From the IMG/VR virus record IMGVR_UViG_3300025718_000022, positions 1 through 32,603 of that record: a stretch of 32,603 bases of DNA; one strand, written 5' to 3'. A program made the position numbers and the translations under genes. This stretch comes from a virus. Its lineage: Duplodnaviria; Caudoviricetes. A model generated the notes under the pieces. That model saw only the letters and a list, made by a program, of their open reading frames with translations, searched no databases and was not told the DNA's origin. Shown here piece after piece: positions 16,728-26,200 of the stretch (within the stretch, counting starts at the first letter, position 1; each line of letters opens with the position of its first letter).

Positions 16728-17024
16728 ATGGATAAAGTAGATGAAGCATATGTAGAGTCAGTTAAGTGCTGGTTAAGAAAGCAGGACATTGATAAGAAAA
16801 GGAATATACAAGATATAGCAATGACTAAAAAACAAATGATACTTGATGATGAAGTAACAAGGTTGGCAATCATTCGCTTTAATGAATGGGCGAAAGAGAA
16901 TGGAGCAGAAGGTATATATGTTTTAGGTATGGACTTAGCAAGTGGAGATGATTGTACAGGACATAGTATCCCGTTTCAGCAAGAAGTATGGAACATACCC
17001 AAAGGCGCTAAGATAATTAGATAG
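16728..17024 (+). CDS. Hypothetical protein
   Basis: RBS AGGAGTG; 98 aa. Confidence 0.7.
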   Translation: MDKVDEAYVESVKCWLRKQDIDKKRNIQDIAMTKKQMILDDEVTRLAIIRFNEWAKENGAEGIYVLGMDLASGDDCTGHSIPFQQEVWNIPKGAKIIR

Positions 17025-17035
17025 CAGGTGAGAGT

Positions 17036-17473
17036 GTGTTATACAAAGTATGTCCAACATGTAAAGAAAAGTATGAGCATATAAGCAAGGATAGTAAGTG
17101 TAGCAATGGCTGCATGAATAAGGCTAAGAGTGAACGCAATAGTAACTACGATAAGTTTAGCAGGAACAAAGAGAGCACGGCGTTCTATGCAACAGGACGG
17201 TGGAAGAAGTTAACTAAGATATGTCGTAACAAGTTTGTTGGCTTAGATATATATGCTTACTATATACATAACCAAATGGTTGGTGGAAGTTTATCACACC
17301 ATGTCATTGAGATAGCAGAGGATAAGGACAAGGCCTATCGCCTAGACAACTTAGTGTGGCTTAGTGATAGTAGCCATAAGGAAGTGCATGTTGCATATAA
17401 GAACGGAGAGAGAAAAGAAATGCAAAAGATATTAAATGATTTAATTAAGAGGTATGAGAAAGATTTTGGATAG
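17036..17473 (+). CDS. Packaging-associated HNH endonuclease
   Basis: FYATGRWKKL...SHHVIEI...DNLVWLSDSSHKEVH; immediately upstream of terS. Confidence 0.85.
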   Translation: MLYKVCPTCKEKYEHISKDSKCSNGCMNKAKSERNSNYDKFSRNKESTAFYATGRWKKLTKICRNKFVGLDIYAYYIHNQMVGGSLSHHVIEIAEDKDKAYRLDNLVWLSDSSHKEVHVAYKNGERKEMQKILNDLIKRYEKDFG

Positions 17474-17570
17474 TGGGGGGGCGGTCGAAAAAGTTTTGAA
17501 GTAATTTTAAAAAACCGTATGGAATCAAACAGAAAGAATTAATCTGTAAAATGAAAGTTTTGAAATTTTA
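17474..17570. other. Probable cos region
   Basis: Intergenic between HNH and P27-type terS; G7 run (17475-81); AAAGTTTTGAA direct repeat at 17490 and 17554. Confidence 0.5.
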
Positions 17571-17590
17571 AATAAAAGGAGGTTTTGAAT

Positions 17591-18058
17591 TTGGCAAGAC
17601 CAACTAAACCTGCAATAGTATTATCGGAATGTTCGCAAACTAAAGAAGAAATACAAAATAGAATAGACAATGAAGAAAAGTTAAAAGGAAATTCTGATAA
17701 AATAGATCCCCCTGATTATTTAGACAAAAATCAAGTAGATCTCTTTAATTATATAAAAAATGAACTTGAAGCAAGTAAACTTTTAAGTAACTTAGATATT
17801 TTTATTCTAGCTAAATGTGCAATTGCTATTAGCAGATTACAATTTATAGAGAAAAAGGTTAATGATAATCCTAGATTACTATTAGTACAAAATCCTCTAA
17901 TGAGTAATAAAAAGAATTATGATGCTGACTTTTTTAGATGTTGTAATGAATTATCATTAACGCCTGCGGCTAGAGCAAAACTTGGAAATATAAAATTAAA
18001 TTCAGAAATGGAAAAAGATGATCCGGTTGCAAGAGCGTTGCGTGGCGATGATGAATGA
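17591..18058 (+). CDS. terS: Terminase small subunit, P27 family
   Basis: MARPTKP, PPDYLD, NPL, ELSLTPAARAKL; the TTG at 17591 is 8 nt from AGGAGG. Confidence 0.9.
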   Translation: MARPTKPAIVLSECSQTKEEIQNRIDNEEKLKGNSDKIDPPDYLDKNQVDLFNYIKNELEASKLLSNLDIFILAKCAIAISRLQFIEKKVNDNPRLLLVQNPLMSNKKNYDADFFRCCNELSLTPAARAKLGNIKLNSEMEKDDPVARALRGDDE

Positions 18059-19767
18059 TACTACTAGAACGTGCCCTAAAATATTGTAATGATGTAATAG
18101 AAGCTAGAGAGGTAACTACAGTTGAGGTCATAGTCCAATGTACAGTATTTTTAGAGGATTATAATAAAAATCAATATGATGAAAAATTTGAATTTTGTTT
18201 TGAAGAAAAGGAACTTAAGAAAATAAATAATCTTTTAAAACTATTTAACTATGCAACAGGATTTGTAGCAGGTAAACAAGTATTAAGTGGACTGGAAGGC
18301 TTCCAGTCCTTATTTTTATGTGCATTGTTTGGATGGAGATATAAAAACAATATTAAAAAGTTTAGATACAGAGATATAGTTTTATTTATACCTCGTAAAA
18401 ATGCAAAAACTTTTTTAAGCGGTTTAATAATTTTACTCTTAATGCTTACAGAACAAAACTTTTCGGAATTTTATAGTATATGTATTGATAGAGACTTAGC
18501 AAAAGAAACAAGGAAAGCAATGGCACAATTAATAAGTGCTAGTCCAGCTATTTCAAAACATTTTTTTGTATCTGAAAGTGAAATAGGTATTATAAGATGC
18601 AAGTTGACTAAAAGTTATTTTGTTCCAAGGACTTCCAAGGCTGATAAAAACAACTCTATAAGACCATCGTGTTATATAGCGGATGAAGTTGGAGCATTTA
18701 CAAGCAATGATAATATACAAGCTATGCGCAAAGGGCAATTAAGCGTTATGAATCCCATTTGCATCAAGACAACTACTGCATATGCTAATAGTGACAGTAT
18801 AATGCTAGAAGAATTAGAATATGATAGAGCAGTTTTAAATGGTACCATAAAAAATCCTAGACTATTTTGTTTACTATACTATTGCAGCAAAGAAGAAGCA
18901 TGGACCGATGAAGGACTTTATAAAGCTAATCCATTAAGAGTTGAAGAAAATTACAAAGAAATAAGAGAAGATCGTGAAACCGCAAAAGTAAAAACTAGTG
19001 AACAAAAAGAGTTCCTTACTAAAAATATGAATATATTTCTCGATACTGATGAATTACACAAGTATGTGAATATAGAATATTGGAAGAAATGTAGAATAAC
19101 TCTTAAAGAGTTTAGACAAAAGATAAAAGGTAAGAAAGTAAAAATAGGAATTGATTTATCAGTGACTACAGATCTAACTGCAGTTGGTATAGTATTTGAG
19201 GATGAAGGTATTTTATACTGTCACTCATATGGATTTTTACCTACAGACAATTTAGATGATAGACGTGAGAATATAGACTATAGAGAATATAAACGAAAAA
19301 AATATTGTGAAATTCATCCTGGCATGACGGTGGATTATGATCTAGTTGAAAAGTACGTAAGAAAGATAGAACATAATTTTGAATGTGAAATAGATAGTAT
19401 AATAACAGATCCAATGAATGCTGGCGAAATGGTTGGAAGACTAGCCGAGGATTATGATGTTACTAAATTAAAACAGACATACACAAACTTAAGCCCGAGT
19501 ACAAAGGAATTCAGAAAAAAAATGTATGATGGTAAAGTTAAGTATGCTGAAAATGAGCTACTTGATTGGAATATGAATAATGCTACTACAAGTGTAGGAA
19601 AAGCTGATGATGAAATGTTAAATAAACAAGATAAAAATAAACAAAGGATAGATATGGTTGTGGTATTAATATTTGGACACACTGAATTAGTAGACGATAA
19701 ACCGAAGCCACCAAAATTAACAGAGGACTATATAAATAGATTCTTTAAAAAAGAAGGTGTGAAATGA
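18055..19767 (+). CDS. terL: Terminase large subunit
   Basis: Walker A variant PRKNAKT, Walker B YIADE, nuclease GIDLSVTTDLTA, RIDMVV. Confidence 0.95.
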   Translation: MILLERALKYCNDVIEAREVTTVEVIVQCTVFLEDYNKNQYDEKFEFCFEEKELKKINNLLKLFNYATGFVAGKQVLSGLEGFQSLFLCALFGWRYKNNIKKFRYRDIVLFIPRKNAKTFLSGLIILLLMLTEQNFSEFYSICIDRDLAKETRKAMAQLISASPAISKHFFVSESEIGIIRCKLTKSYFVPRTSKADKNNSIRPSCYIADEVGAFTSNDNIQAMRKGQLSVMNPICIKTTTAYANSDSIMLEELEYDRAVLNGTIKNPRLFCLLYYCSKEEAWTDEGLYKANPLRVEENYKEIREDRETAKVKTSEQKEFLTKNMNIFLDTDELHKYVNIEYWKKCRITLKEFRQKIKGKKVKIGIDLSVTTDLTAVGIVFEDEGILYCHSYGFLPTDNLDDRRENIDYREYKRKKYCEIHPGMTVDYDLVEKYVRKIEHNFECEIDSIITDPMNAGEMVGRLAEDYDVTKLKQTYTNLSPSTKEFRKKMYDGKVKYAENELLDWNMNNATTSVGKADDEMLNKQDKNKQRIDMVVVLIFGHTELVDDKPKPPKLTEDYINRFFKKEGVK

Positions 19768-19934
19768 AACACTTTATAAATATTATTGGCACTATATTAG
19801 CAGAAATATTACTAATTATAGGTGCTATTTTTATTTTACTAGCAACTTATATCACTAATATGATAGCTTTTTACTACCTCTTAGGAATACTTTTTATCCT
19901 ATTAGGTTTATTTATTGCAAAAACAAGGGGGTGA
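19764..19934 (+). CDS. 56-aa two-TM membrane protein (DUF1056-like)
   Basis: ATGA overlap with terL; MKHFINIIGTILAEILLIIGAIFILLATY...; typical position between terL and portal. Confidence 0.75.
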   Translation: MKHFINIIGTILAEILLIIGAIFILLATYITNMIAFYYLLGILFILLGLFIAKTRG

Positions 19935-19948
19935 GAGGGGGTGAATAA

Positions 19949-21205
19949 ATGAAATTATTTGGAAGAAATACAAAAACAAATATTAAAAATACAACTATGA
20001 CACTTAATAGTCCTGAATTTCTAAGTTCTATGGGTATTGATGGAACAAGTACTGGTGACAAAATGGGTGAGATTACTTATTTTATATGTATGAAAACTTT
20101 ATGCGAAATAATGGGTAAGCTTGAAATTAAAAAATATAAGATTGATGATAAAAAAGGTAAAGAAAGAGTATTAGATAATGAACTCAATTATTTATTAAAT
20201 ATTGAACCTAATCAATATTATACTGCTAGTACATTAAAACAATCTATTGAACTTAATAGAAACCATTACGGTAATGCTTATGTATATGCAGAGCGATACA
20301 TAACGGGTAGAGATGGCGGTAAACTTAAAGCTTTATGGATATTGCCTAGCAATGAGATTACGATATGGATGGATGATAAGGGATTATTTGGTCAAGTAAA
20401 TGCAATGTGGTATGTGTGGCAGGATTCTAAAACAGGCAAGCAATATAGATTTAGTATGAGCGAGATACTACACTACAAGTCATCTATAACATTTGATGGA
20501 ATAACAGGGAAGAGCATTAAAGACATATTAATTGACCAGTTAGAAACAGCACAAAGCGGTCAAAATTATTTAAAAAAACTTTATAAGGGTAATATGCAAA
20601 GTTCAAAAATACTCTTATATTATACAGGAGAATTAGACCCAAAAGGAGAAAAAGCACTTGTAGCAAATATGGAAAACTTTTCTTCAAGTGTTGGTACCGG
20701 AACATTTATACCTTTACCAGTTGGGTTAACGGCAACAACACTAGATAGTAAGCTAGTAGATGCAGAATTTAGCGTATTAAAACAAGCAAATGCATTAGGT
20801 ATCGCCGCAGCATTTGGGGTAAGCCCTAACTTTATAAACGACTATAGCAAAAGTAGTTATGCTAATAGTACAACTCAACAACAGTCTTTATATACAAATA
20901 CTATGCAACCTATTTTTAAATTATATAATGAAGAAGATACTAGAAAATTATTAATATCGAATGAAAAAAGAAATGGTGTTACCTTAGAAGTTGATACTAA
21001 AGCATTATTTAAATTAAATCCAATTGAACAAGCGGATGTTCTTATGAAGCAAATTCAAAACTTTATGATAACACCAAATCAAGCAGCAGAAGAACTAGGA
21101 TTACCTTATATAGATGACCCTAAGGCTGATATGTTAATAGGAAATGGGAATTATATTTCTCTTGATTTAGTTGGAACTCAATATACAAAAAACACTCAAA
21201 AGTAA
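19949..21205 (+). CDS. Portal protein, HK97 family
   Basis: LLNIEPN, YGNAY, EILHYK, IAAAFGVSP, ITPNQAAEELGLP. Confidence 0.95.
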   Translation: MKLFGRNTKTNIKNTTMTLNSPEFLSSMGIDGTSTGDKMGEITYFICMKTLCEIMGKLEIKKYKIDDKKGKERVLDNELNYLLNIEPNQYYTASTLKQSIELNRNHYGNAYVYAERYITGRDGGKLKALWILPSNEITIWMDDKGLFGQVNAMWYVWQDSKTGKQYRFSMSEILHYKSSITFDGITGKSIKDILIDQLETAQSGQNYLKKLYKGNMQSSKILLYYTGELDPKGEKALVANMENFSSSVGTGTFIPLPVGLTATTLDSKLVDAEFSVLKQANALGIAAAFGVSPNFINDYSKSSYANSTTQQQSLYTNTMQPIFKLYNEEDTRKLLISNEKRNGVTLEVDTKALFKLNPIEQADVLMKQIQNFMITPNQAAEELGLPYIDDPKADMLIGNGNYISLDLVGTQYTKNTQK

Positions 21206-21218
21206 AGGAGGTGAATAG

Positions 21219-21902
21219 ATGAAAATAAATATTAAAGGTGTAATTGTAAGTAGTAGTGATGCATGGATTTATGAATGGTTAGACATAGAACACACTAGCC
21301 CTGTTGGTGTAAATAAAGCACTAGAAGATGCTAATGGCGAAGACATCGAAGTTGTGTATAATAGCGGCGGTGGTGATGTATTCGCAGGTTCTGAAATATA
21401 TACATCAATAAAAGATTACAAAGGTAAAAGTATTGGTAAAATTGTAGGTATAGCTGCAAGTGCTGCAAGTGTAGCTGCAATGGGAGTTGATATATTACAA
21501 ATTTCCCCTACCGCACAAATTATGATCCATAATTCGGCAATGCAAACTAGGGGAGACAATAGAGACTTAACACAAGATGCAAGTGTACTTAAAAATATTG
21601 ATGCAAGTATAGCAAATGCATATGTATTAAAAACAGGGTTGCCCCAGGATGAAGTATTACAACTTATGGCGGATGAAACTTGGCTTACAGCACAACAAGC
21701 AAAAGAAAAGGGGTTTGCGGATAGCATTATGTTTGAAAAAGAAAATAAGTTTGCTGCAAGTACCGGTAATGGATTATTACCTCAAAATATTATAGATAAA
21801 ATAAGAAATGAATTCACAGAAAAAAATAAAGTTAAAAATGAAAACATTGAAAATGCAGCCTTAAAATTAGCAAAAGCACAACTTGAACTATTAACATTAT
21901 AG
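21219..21902 (+). CDS. ClpP-type head maturation protease
   Basis: NSGGGDVF, AASAAS, IMIHN, ETWLTAQQAKEKGFAD. Confidence 0.95.
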   Translation: MKINIKGVIVSSSDAWIYEWLDIEHTSPVGVNKALEDANGEDIEVVYNSGGGDVFAGSEIYTSIKDYKGKSIGKIVGIAASAASVAAMGVDILQISPTAQIMIHNSAMQTRGDNRDLTQDASVLKNIDASIANAYVLKTGLPQDEVLQLMADETWLTAQQAKEKGFADSIMFEKENKFAASTGNGLLPQNIIDKIRNEFTEKNKVKNENIENAALKLAKAQLELLTL

Positions 21903-21912
21903 TTCTTTTTTT
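21885..21912 (+). terminator. Terminator-like hairpin between protease and capsid genes
   Basis: GAACTAT-N7-ATAGTTC followed by T7. Confidence 0.55.
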
Positions 21913-21945
21913 ATACCAAAAATTAAAACAAAAGGATGGGATTAA

Positions 21946-23199
21946 ATGAAATTATCAGCAGAATTAAAAATAATACTAAATACGCTAAGAAATGAAGCAG
22001 AGGTTTTAAACAAAAAAGAAGGTGTAACTATTGAAGAAGTACAAAATAAATCAAATGAAATCAAATTAGCAAAAGCAAAACTAGATTCACAGTTACAGAT
22101 CGAAGCAGATGAGGAAGCAGAAATAAATGCAGCAGGTAAAAAACCAGTAGCGGGAGTAGAAACAGGATCAGAAGCAACAGGTACTAAAATGAATAAATTG
22201 GTATTTGCAAAAGCATTGTTAGGAAAAGCAACAGCTGAGGAAATGTCACAAATTACAAACTTAGTGTTAGAGGGTGATAGAACAAAAGGCGGAGTTGCAA
22301 TTCCTTCTGATATAGTAACGGAAATAAAAGTATATCAAGATGCAACTAGAATGTTTGATATTAGACCATATATCACAATAGAGCCAGTATCAACTCTTAA
22401 AGGATCAAGACCATATGCAGTTAATCAACCCGAAGCAGCTGGATTTGCAAGTGTAGATGAGGGCGGAGATATCCAAGCACTATACGAACCAACCTTTGAT
22501 GAATTAGCATACTTAGTTAGAAAATATGCTGGTTATATTCCGCTAACTAATGAATTATTAGAAGATTCTATTGCTAATATTTATGCTTATATTGTTAAAT
22601 GGATTGCAGAAAATGAGTTAAATACTTATGTATATCAAACTCTACATGGTACAGGGATAAAGAGTGCACAGGGCATTATAACAGAAGCTACGACTCCAAC
22701 AACTGGTATGTTACTATCAAGAACCGAAGAAATCACAACAGTATTTGCAAGTGATAAAATAGCAATAAAGAAATTTAAAACTGTTTTTAATTCTGATCTA
22801 GAAACAGTAACAGGCGATAACATTAAGATATTTACTAACTCTGATGGTTATGACTATCTTGATGGATTAATGGATACACAAGGAAAGCCTTATTTAATGC
22901 CTGATGTTACTAAAAAGAGTGGATTTTCATTTTTAGGAAGAGAAATAATCAAACTTCCTAAGAAATTTTTAGCTAATATTGTAGTTGATGTAAATACATT
23001 AACACCTTTTATCGTAGGAGACCTTAAACAACTCTATACAATGTATGACAGAGGACAGATGTCAGTAGCTACTACTAATGTTGGTGGAGATACTTGGAGA
23101 AAAGATACTACTGAATTAAAAGGCATTTTCAGATTTGATGGTAAAATCCAACCTCAAAACATCGAAGCAATAAAAGTATTATTAATAAAGTTAGTATAA
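21946..23199 (+). CDS. Major capsid protein, HK97 fold
   Basis: Coiled-coil delta domain, GGVAIP, IPLTNELLEDS, FRFDG. Confidence 0.95.
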   Translation: MKLSAELKIILNTLRNEAEVLNKKEGVTIEEVQNKSNEIKLAKAKLDSQLQIEADEEAEINAAGKKPVAGVETGSEATGTKMNKLVFAKALLGKATAEEMSQITNLVLEGDRTKGGVAIPSDIVTEIKVYQDATRMFDIRPYITIEPVSTLKGSRPYAVNQPEAAGFASVDEGGDIQALYEPTFDELAYLVRKYAGYIPLTNELLEDSIANIYAYIVKWIAENELNTYVYQTLHGTGIKSAQGIITEATTPTTGMLLSRTEEITTVFASDKIAIKKFKTVFNSDLETVTGDNIKIFTNSDGYDYLDGLMDTQGKPYLMPDVTKKSGFSFLGREIIKLPKKFLANIVVDVNTLTPFIVGDLKQLYTMYDRGQMSVATTNVGGDTWRKDTTELKGIFRFDGKIQPQNIEAIKVLLIKLV

Positions 23200-23252
23200 T
23201 TTAAAGGGTGTAAAAACCCTTTTACTTTTAAAAGTAGGTGATTTAAATAATA

Positions 23253-23549
23253 TTGACTATAGAAGAGGTTAAAAATTTTATTAAATATGATGGTGAAGAA
23301 GCGGCAGAGATTGAATATATTACCGAACTTATTCAAACAAGTGAGGATTATTTAATTGATGCATTAGGCACTGAAAACTATGATATAAAAATCTTAAATA
23401 AAAGGTTTGAAAGAAAAGCTAGGTTATGTTGCTTAGTAATAATACAAGATTGCTACGATAACAGAACGTTTGTTACTAAAGACAGTCAAAAAATAAGGTT
23501 AATTATAAGTGGTATATTGTTTCAAATGCAATATGCAACTTATGAATAA
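23253..23549 (+). CDS. Head-tail connector (gp6-like)
   Basis: MTIEEVKNFIK...LIQTSEDYL...YDNR. Confidence 0.85.
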   Translation: MTIEEVKNFIKYDGEEAAEIEYITELIQTSEDYLIDALGTENYDIKILNKRFERKARLCCLVIIQDCYDNRTFVTKDSQKIRLIISGILFQMQYATYE

Positions 23550-23563
23550 AGTAGGTGGGCTAA

Positions 23564-23911
23564 ATAGACATAGGTAAATTAAATAAAAGGATCACAATAC
23601 AAAAGTTTACAAATACAGTTAACGCTAATGGTTTCAATGAAAAAGCATGGGTTGATTTTAAGCCGATTTGGGTAAGCAGGGATGACTTACAAGGTCGCGA
23701 ATATTATGCAGCAGCAGCAGTTCAATCAGAAAGCACAGTTAAATTTGAATTGAGATATATGAAAGAATTGGACCAAGATATAAGCACAGAGACTACTGCA
23801 ATTACCAAATTATTCAGGATAAAATATTTAAATTCCATTTTAGATATAAAGTCGATTGCTAAGATTGGTAAAAATCAATTTATGAAAATAAATGCAATGG
23901 CGGTGAATTAG
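23564..23911 (+). CDS. Head closure/head-tail adaptor protein, starts at ATA
   Basis: Open frame (I)DIGKLNKRITIQK...GREYYAAAAVQSESTVKFELRY; RBS AGGTGG 5 nt upstream; in-frame TAA directly before. Not in the ORF track. Confidence 0.8.
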   Translation: MDIGKLNKRITIQKFTNTVNANGFNEKAWVDFKPIWVSRDDLQGREYYAAAAVQSESTVKFELRYMKELDQDISTETTAITKLFRIKYLNSILDIKSIAKIGKNQFMKINAMAVN

Positions 23912-24301
23912 ATGGCTGAAATTGAATTACAAGGTATGCAGGAGTTGCTTAATAAAGTAGAAGAATTAGGCAAGAGAGGTAAAAGAATAGAAAATAAAGC
24001 AATATTAGCTGCGGCAAAACCTATTTTAGATGCAGCAGCAAAAACTACTTTATTTTATGATGTAAGCGGTGATGGCAGAGCGGGATTAAAAGTAAGTAGA
24101 GTATATACAAAAGGTGACACGAAAAGAGTAATAATAGGCATAGAAAAAGGGGATATTTCAGAAATATTTTATATGAAAATGATAGAATTCGGTACCTCTA
24201 AAATGGTTGCAAGACCATTTCTACAAAATGCTTATATACTAAAAAAAGGTGAAGCAATGGAAATATTAAAAAAAGAGTTTAGAAAAGGTCTTGGATTATG
24301 A
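23912..24301 (+). CDS. HK97 gp10-family neck/tail protein
   Basis: IEFGTSKMVARPFL motif. Confidence 0.9.
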   Translation: MAEIELQGMQELLNKVEELGKRGKRIENKAILAAAKPILDAAAKTTLFYDVSGDGRAGLKVSRVYTKGDTKRVIIGIEKGDISEIFYMKMIEFGTSKMVARPFLQNAYILKKGEAMEILKKEFRKGLGL

Positions 24302-24624
24302 ATAAACAAATTATTGATGCCTTAAAAGACTTAGGAGTTTCAGTAACATTCCAAACCTATGATGGAACTGAAACAACCTATATAACCTTTTTTAACTATT
24401 TAGAGAATGGATCAAGTTATGCAGATAACAAAGAAACAAGTACAGGTAACTATATTCAAATAGATGTATGGTCAATGGGTGATTACACCACTTTAGTTGA
24501 TGGTGTATTAGAAGCACTAAAACAGGCTGAATTTCAGCGCACATATGTTACAGAAATGTACGAAAAAGATACAGGAATATATCACAAAGTTATTAGGGTT
24601 TCAAAATTCGAGGAGGTTTTATAA
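24298..24624 (+). CDS. Tail completion/terminator protein
   Basis: YITF...IQIDVWS...YEKDTGIYHK; position before the major tail gene. Confidence 0.8.
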   Translation: MNKQIIDALKDLGVSVTFQTYDGTETTYITFFNYLENGSSYADNKETSTGNYIQIDVWSMGDYTTLVDGVLEALKQAEFQRTYVTEMYEKDTGIYHKVIRVSKFEEVL

Positions 24625-25197
24625 ATGGCAGGAGAAATAGTAAATTCATCAACCACAGGTGTAAAAAAATTAGTATATGCGGTAATGATAGATGAAATAT
24701 TAGAAACGTATGCAGCGGTAAAATCAGCACCACCACTTATCAATATTAAGGTAGCGCCAAAGGTTGATGCGGCTTCATTATATGCAGATGATCACGTAGT
24801 CGAAACAGCCACTACCGTAGGAGATATAGCCGTAGACTTTGAAACACAAGACATGCCTTTAGAGGTACAAGCAGATTTTTTAGGACATGTTCTTGATGCA
24901 ACGTCAGGCATACTAGTGTATAACGTTAATGACAAAGCACCTTATATTGCGATAGGGTATGAAAGAACTAAGGGTAATGATAAAAGTAGATTTGTTTGGC
25001 TGCATAAAGTTAAATTCCAAGAGATTGAAGAAGAGTCTAAAACAAAAGAAGATAAAACAACTTTTCAAACTCCAAAGACGGCAGGAATTGCAATTGCTAA
25101 CAATGCTGGAGTGTGGAAAACAGTAGCGGATGAAGATACAAAAGGTTCAGCAATAACGGACTTTTTAACAACAGTTGGTGGAGCAGTGACAGTTTAA
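24625..25197 (+). CDS. Major tail protein, phi13 family
   Basis: GVKKLVYA, LYADD, APYIAIG, VWLHKVKF, TKED..TFQT. Confidence 0.9.
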   Translation: MAGEIVNSSTTGVKKLVYAVMIDEILETYAAVKSAPPLINIKVAPKVDAASLYADDHVVETATTVGDIAVDFETQDMPLEVQADFLGHVLDATSGILVYNVNDKAPYIAIGYERTKGNDKSRFVWLHKVKFQEIEEESKTKEDKTTFQTPKTAGIAIANNAGVWKTVADEDTKGSAITDFLTTVGGAVTV

Positions 25198-25227
25198 GGA
25201 CAAGAGGGCAGATGTCCTCTTGTTCTT
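25196..25227 (+). other. 14-bp stem hairpin after major tail gene
   Basis: AAGGACAAGAGGGC-AGAT-GTCCTCTTGTTCTT. Confidence 0.6.
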
Positions 25228-25247
25228 ATAAATATCAGGAGGTATTT

Positions 25248-25418
25248 ATGAATTGTAAAATGAAATTCAAACTTGAATTTGACATAGAAACTAGCGCTGA
25301 CAATATGGCAGAGGTACTGGAAATAATAAATAGTAATATATTCAAAGAATTTAATGAGAAGATAAAAGACAAAACAGATATAAAAGTAACACCAACTATA
25401 ACTAAAATTGAAATTTAG
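25248..25418 (+). CDS. Small hypothetical protein in tail operon
   Basis: RBS AGGAGGT precedes the ATG at 25248; the 25212 start sits inside the hairpin. Confidence 0.65.
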   Translation: MNCKMKFKLEFDIETSADNMAEVLEIINSNIFKEFNEKIKDKTDIKVTPTITKIEI

Positions 25419-25433
25419 GAGGTAATTAACAAT

Positions 25434-25760
25434 ATGGAAATAAAATTAGATTTTATAACGGGGAAAGACGAAAAAGGTGAAGAAATAGTAGAAGTGAGGA
25501 CATTTGTGGCCAATAAACCAAAAGCATTACTTGTAAGAAGGGCAACAGAAATAGAAAAAGAAGTTGATTTTAGTCATTTTACACCTGAAACATTAGATAT
25601 AGCTGTAGATTTTATATGCCAAATATATAATAACAAGTTCACAAGAGATGAACTTTACAATGGCCTTGAATCAGATAAACTATTTTCAACCTATAGCAAA
25701 TCAGTTGAAGAGGTAATACATGGTGTTACAAGCATACTAGATACATTTCCCAAAGAGTAA
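25434..25760 (+). CDS. Tail assembly chaperone (gpG-like)
   Basis: FICQIYNNKFTRDELYNG; between major tail and tape measure genes. Confidence 0.85.
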   Translation: MEIKLDFITGKDEKGEEIVEVRTFVANKPKALLVRRATEIEKEVDFSHFTPETLDIAVDFICQIYNNKFTRDELYNGLESDKLFSTYSKSVEEVIHGVTSILDTFPKE

Positions 25761-25950
25761 TAATTCCAGTGGAGAGAAATTCAATTTAATTGACTATATT
25801 AAAGAAACATACCTAGGATTAATGGCAGATGGGTGGACCCTTAATGATATAGAAGATATGGATTTTTATTATTACTTGGAATTATTAAGCTATAAAGCGA
25901 ATAAAGGCGTTAAGACCCAGGTACAAATGCTAGATGATGCAGGACTATAA
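25747..25950 (+). CDS. gpT-like extension of tail chaperone in the +1 frame
   Basis: Frame open 25741-25950: ...IKETYLGLMADGWTLNDIEDMDFYYYLELL...; the -1 frame closes within about 10 codons of the gpG stop. Confidence 0.75.
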   Translation, partial: FPKSNNSSGEKFNLIDYIKETYLGLMADGWTLNDIEDMDFYYYLELLSYKANKGVKTQVQMLDDAGL

Positions 25951-26022
25951 TTATTTGTAATTAAAGCATATTTTATAGCAAAAATGGTATAATTATATTA
26001 AAAAGGTTAAGGAGTGATTATT

Positions 26023-26151
26023 ATGATTATAGTTATTTTATTTTTTATATTTGCTTTAGCTATACCTTTAGGGATTGCAAAGGGTATATCTGATATGAAA
26101 GCACAAAAAGTACAAAGAGAAATTCTGAAAAAACTTAAAAGCAAGGGTTAA
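26023..26151 (+). CDS. 42-aa single-TM membrane peptide (moron)
   Basis: TGGTATAAT at 25985-93, RBS AAGGAGTG, MIIVILFFIFALAIPLGIAKGISDMKAQKVQREILKKLKSKG. Confidence 0.75.
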   Translation: MIIVILFFIFALAIPLGIAKGISDMKAQKVQREILKKLKSKG

Positions 26152-26154
26152 AGA

Positions 26155-26180
26155 GACATCCGAAAGGGTGTTTTTTATTT
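26155..26180 (+). terminator. Intrinsic terminator of the moron
   Basis: GACATCC-GAAA-GGGTGTT followed by a T-rich tail. Confidence 0.8.
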
Positions 26181-26200
26181 TGTAAGAAAGGAGGAAATAC

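Noticed and set aside
16900-16970. YVLGMDLASGDDCT resembling a terminase nuclease motif
   Set aside because: Only about 14 residues in a 98-aa protein; too short to support a function.
18385-18415. TerL Walker A reads RKNAKT rather than RKNGKT, possibly inactive
   Set aside because: The catalytic Lys/Thr, Walker B and nuclease residues are intact; more likely a natural variant.
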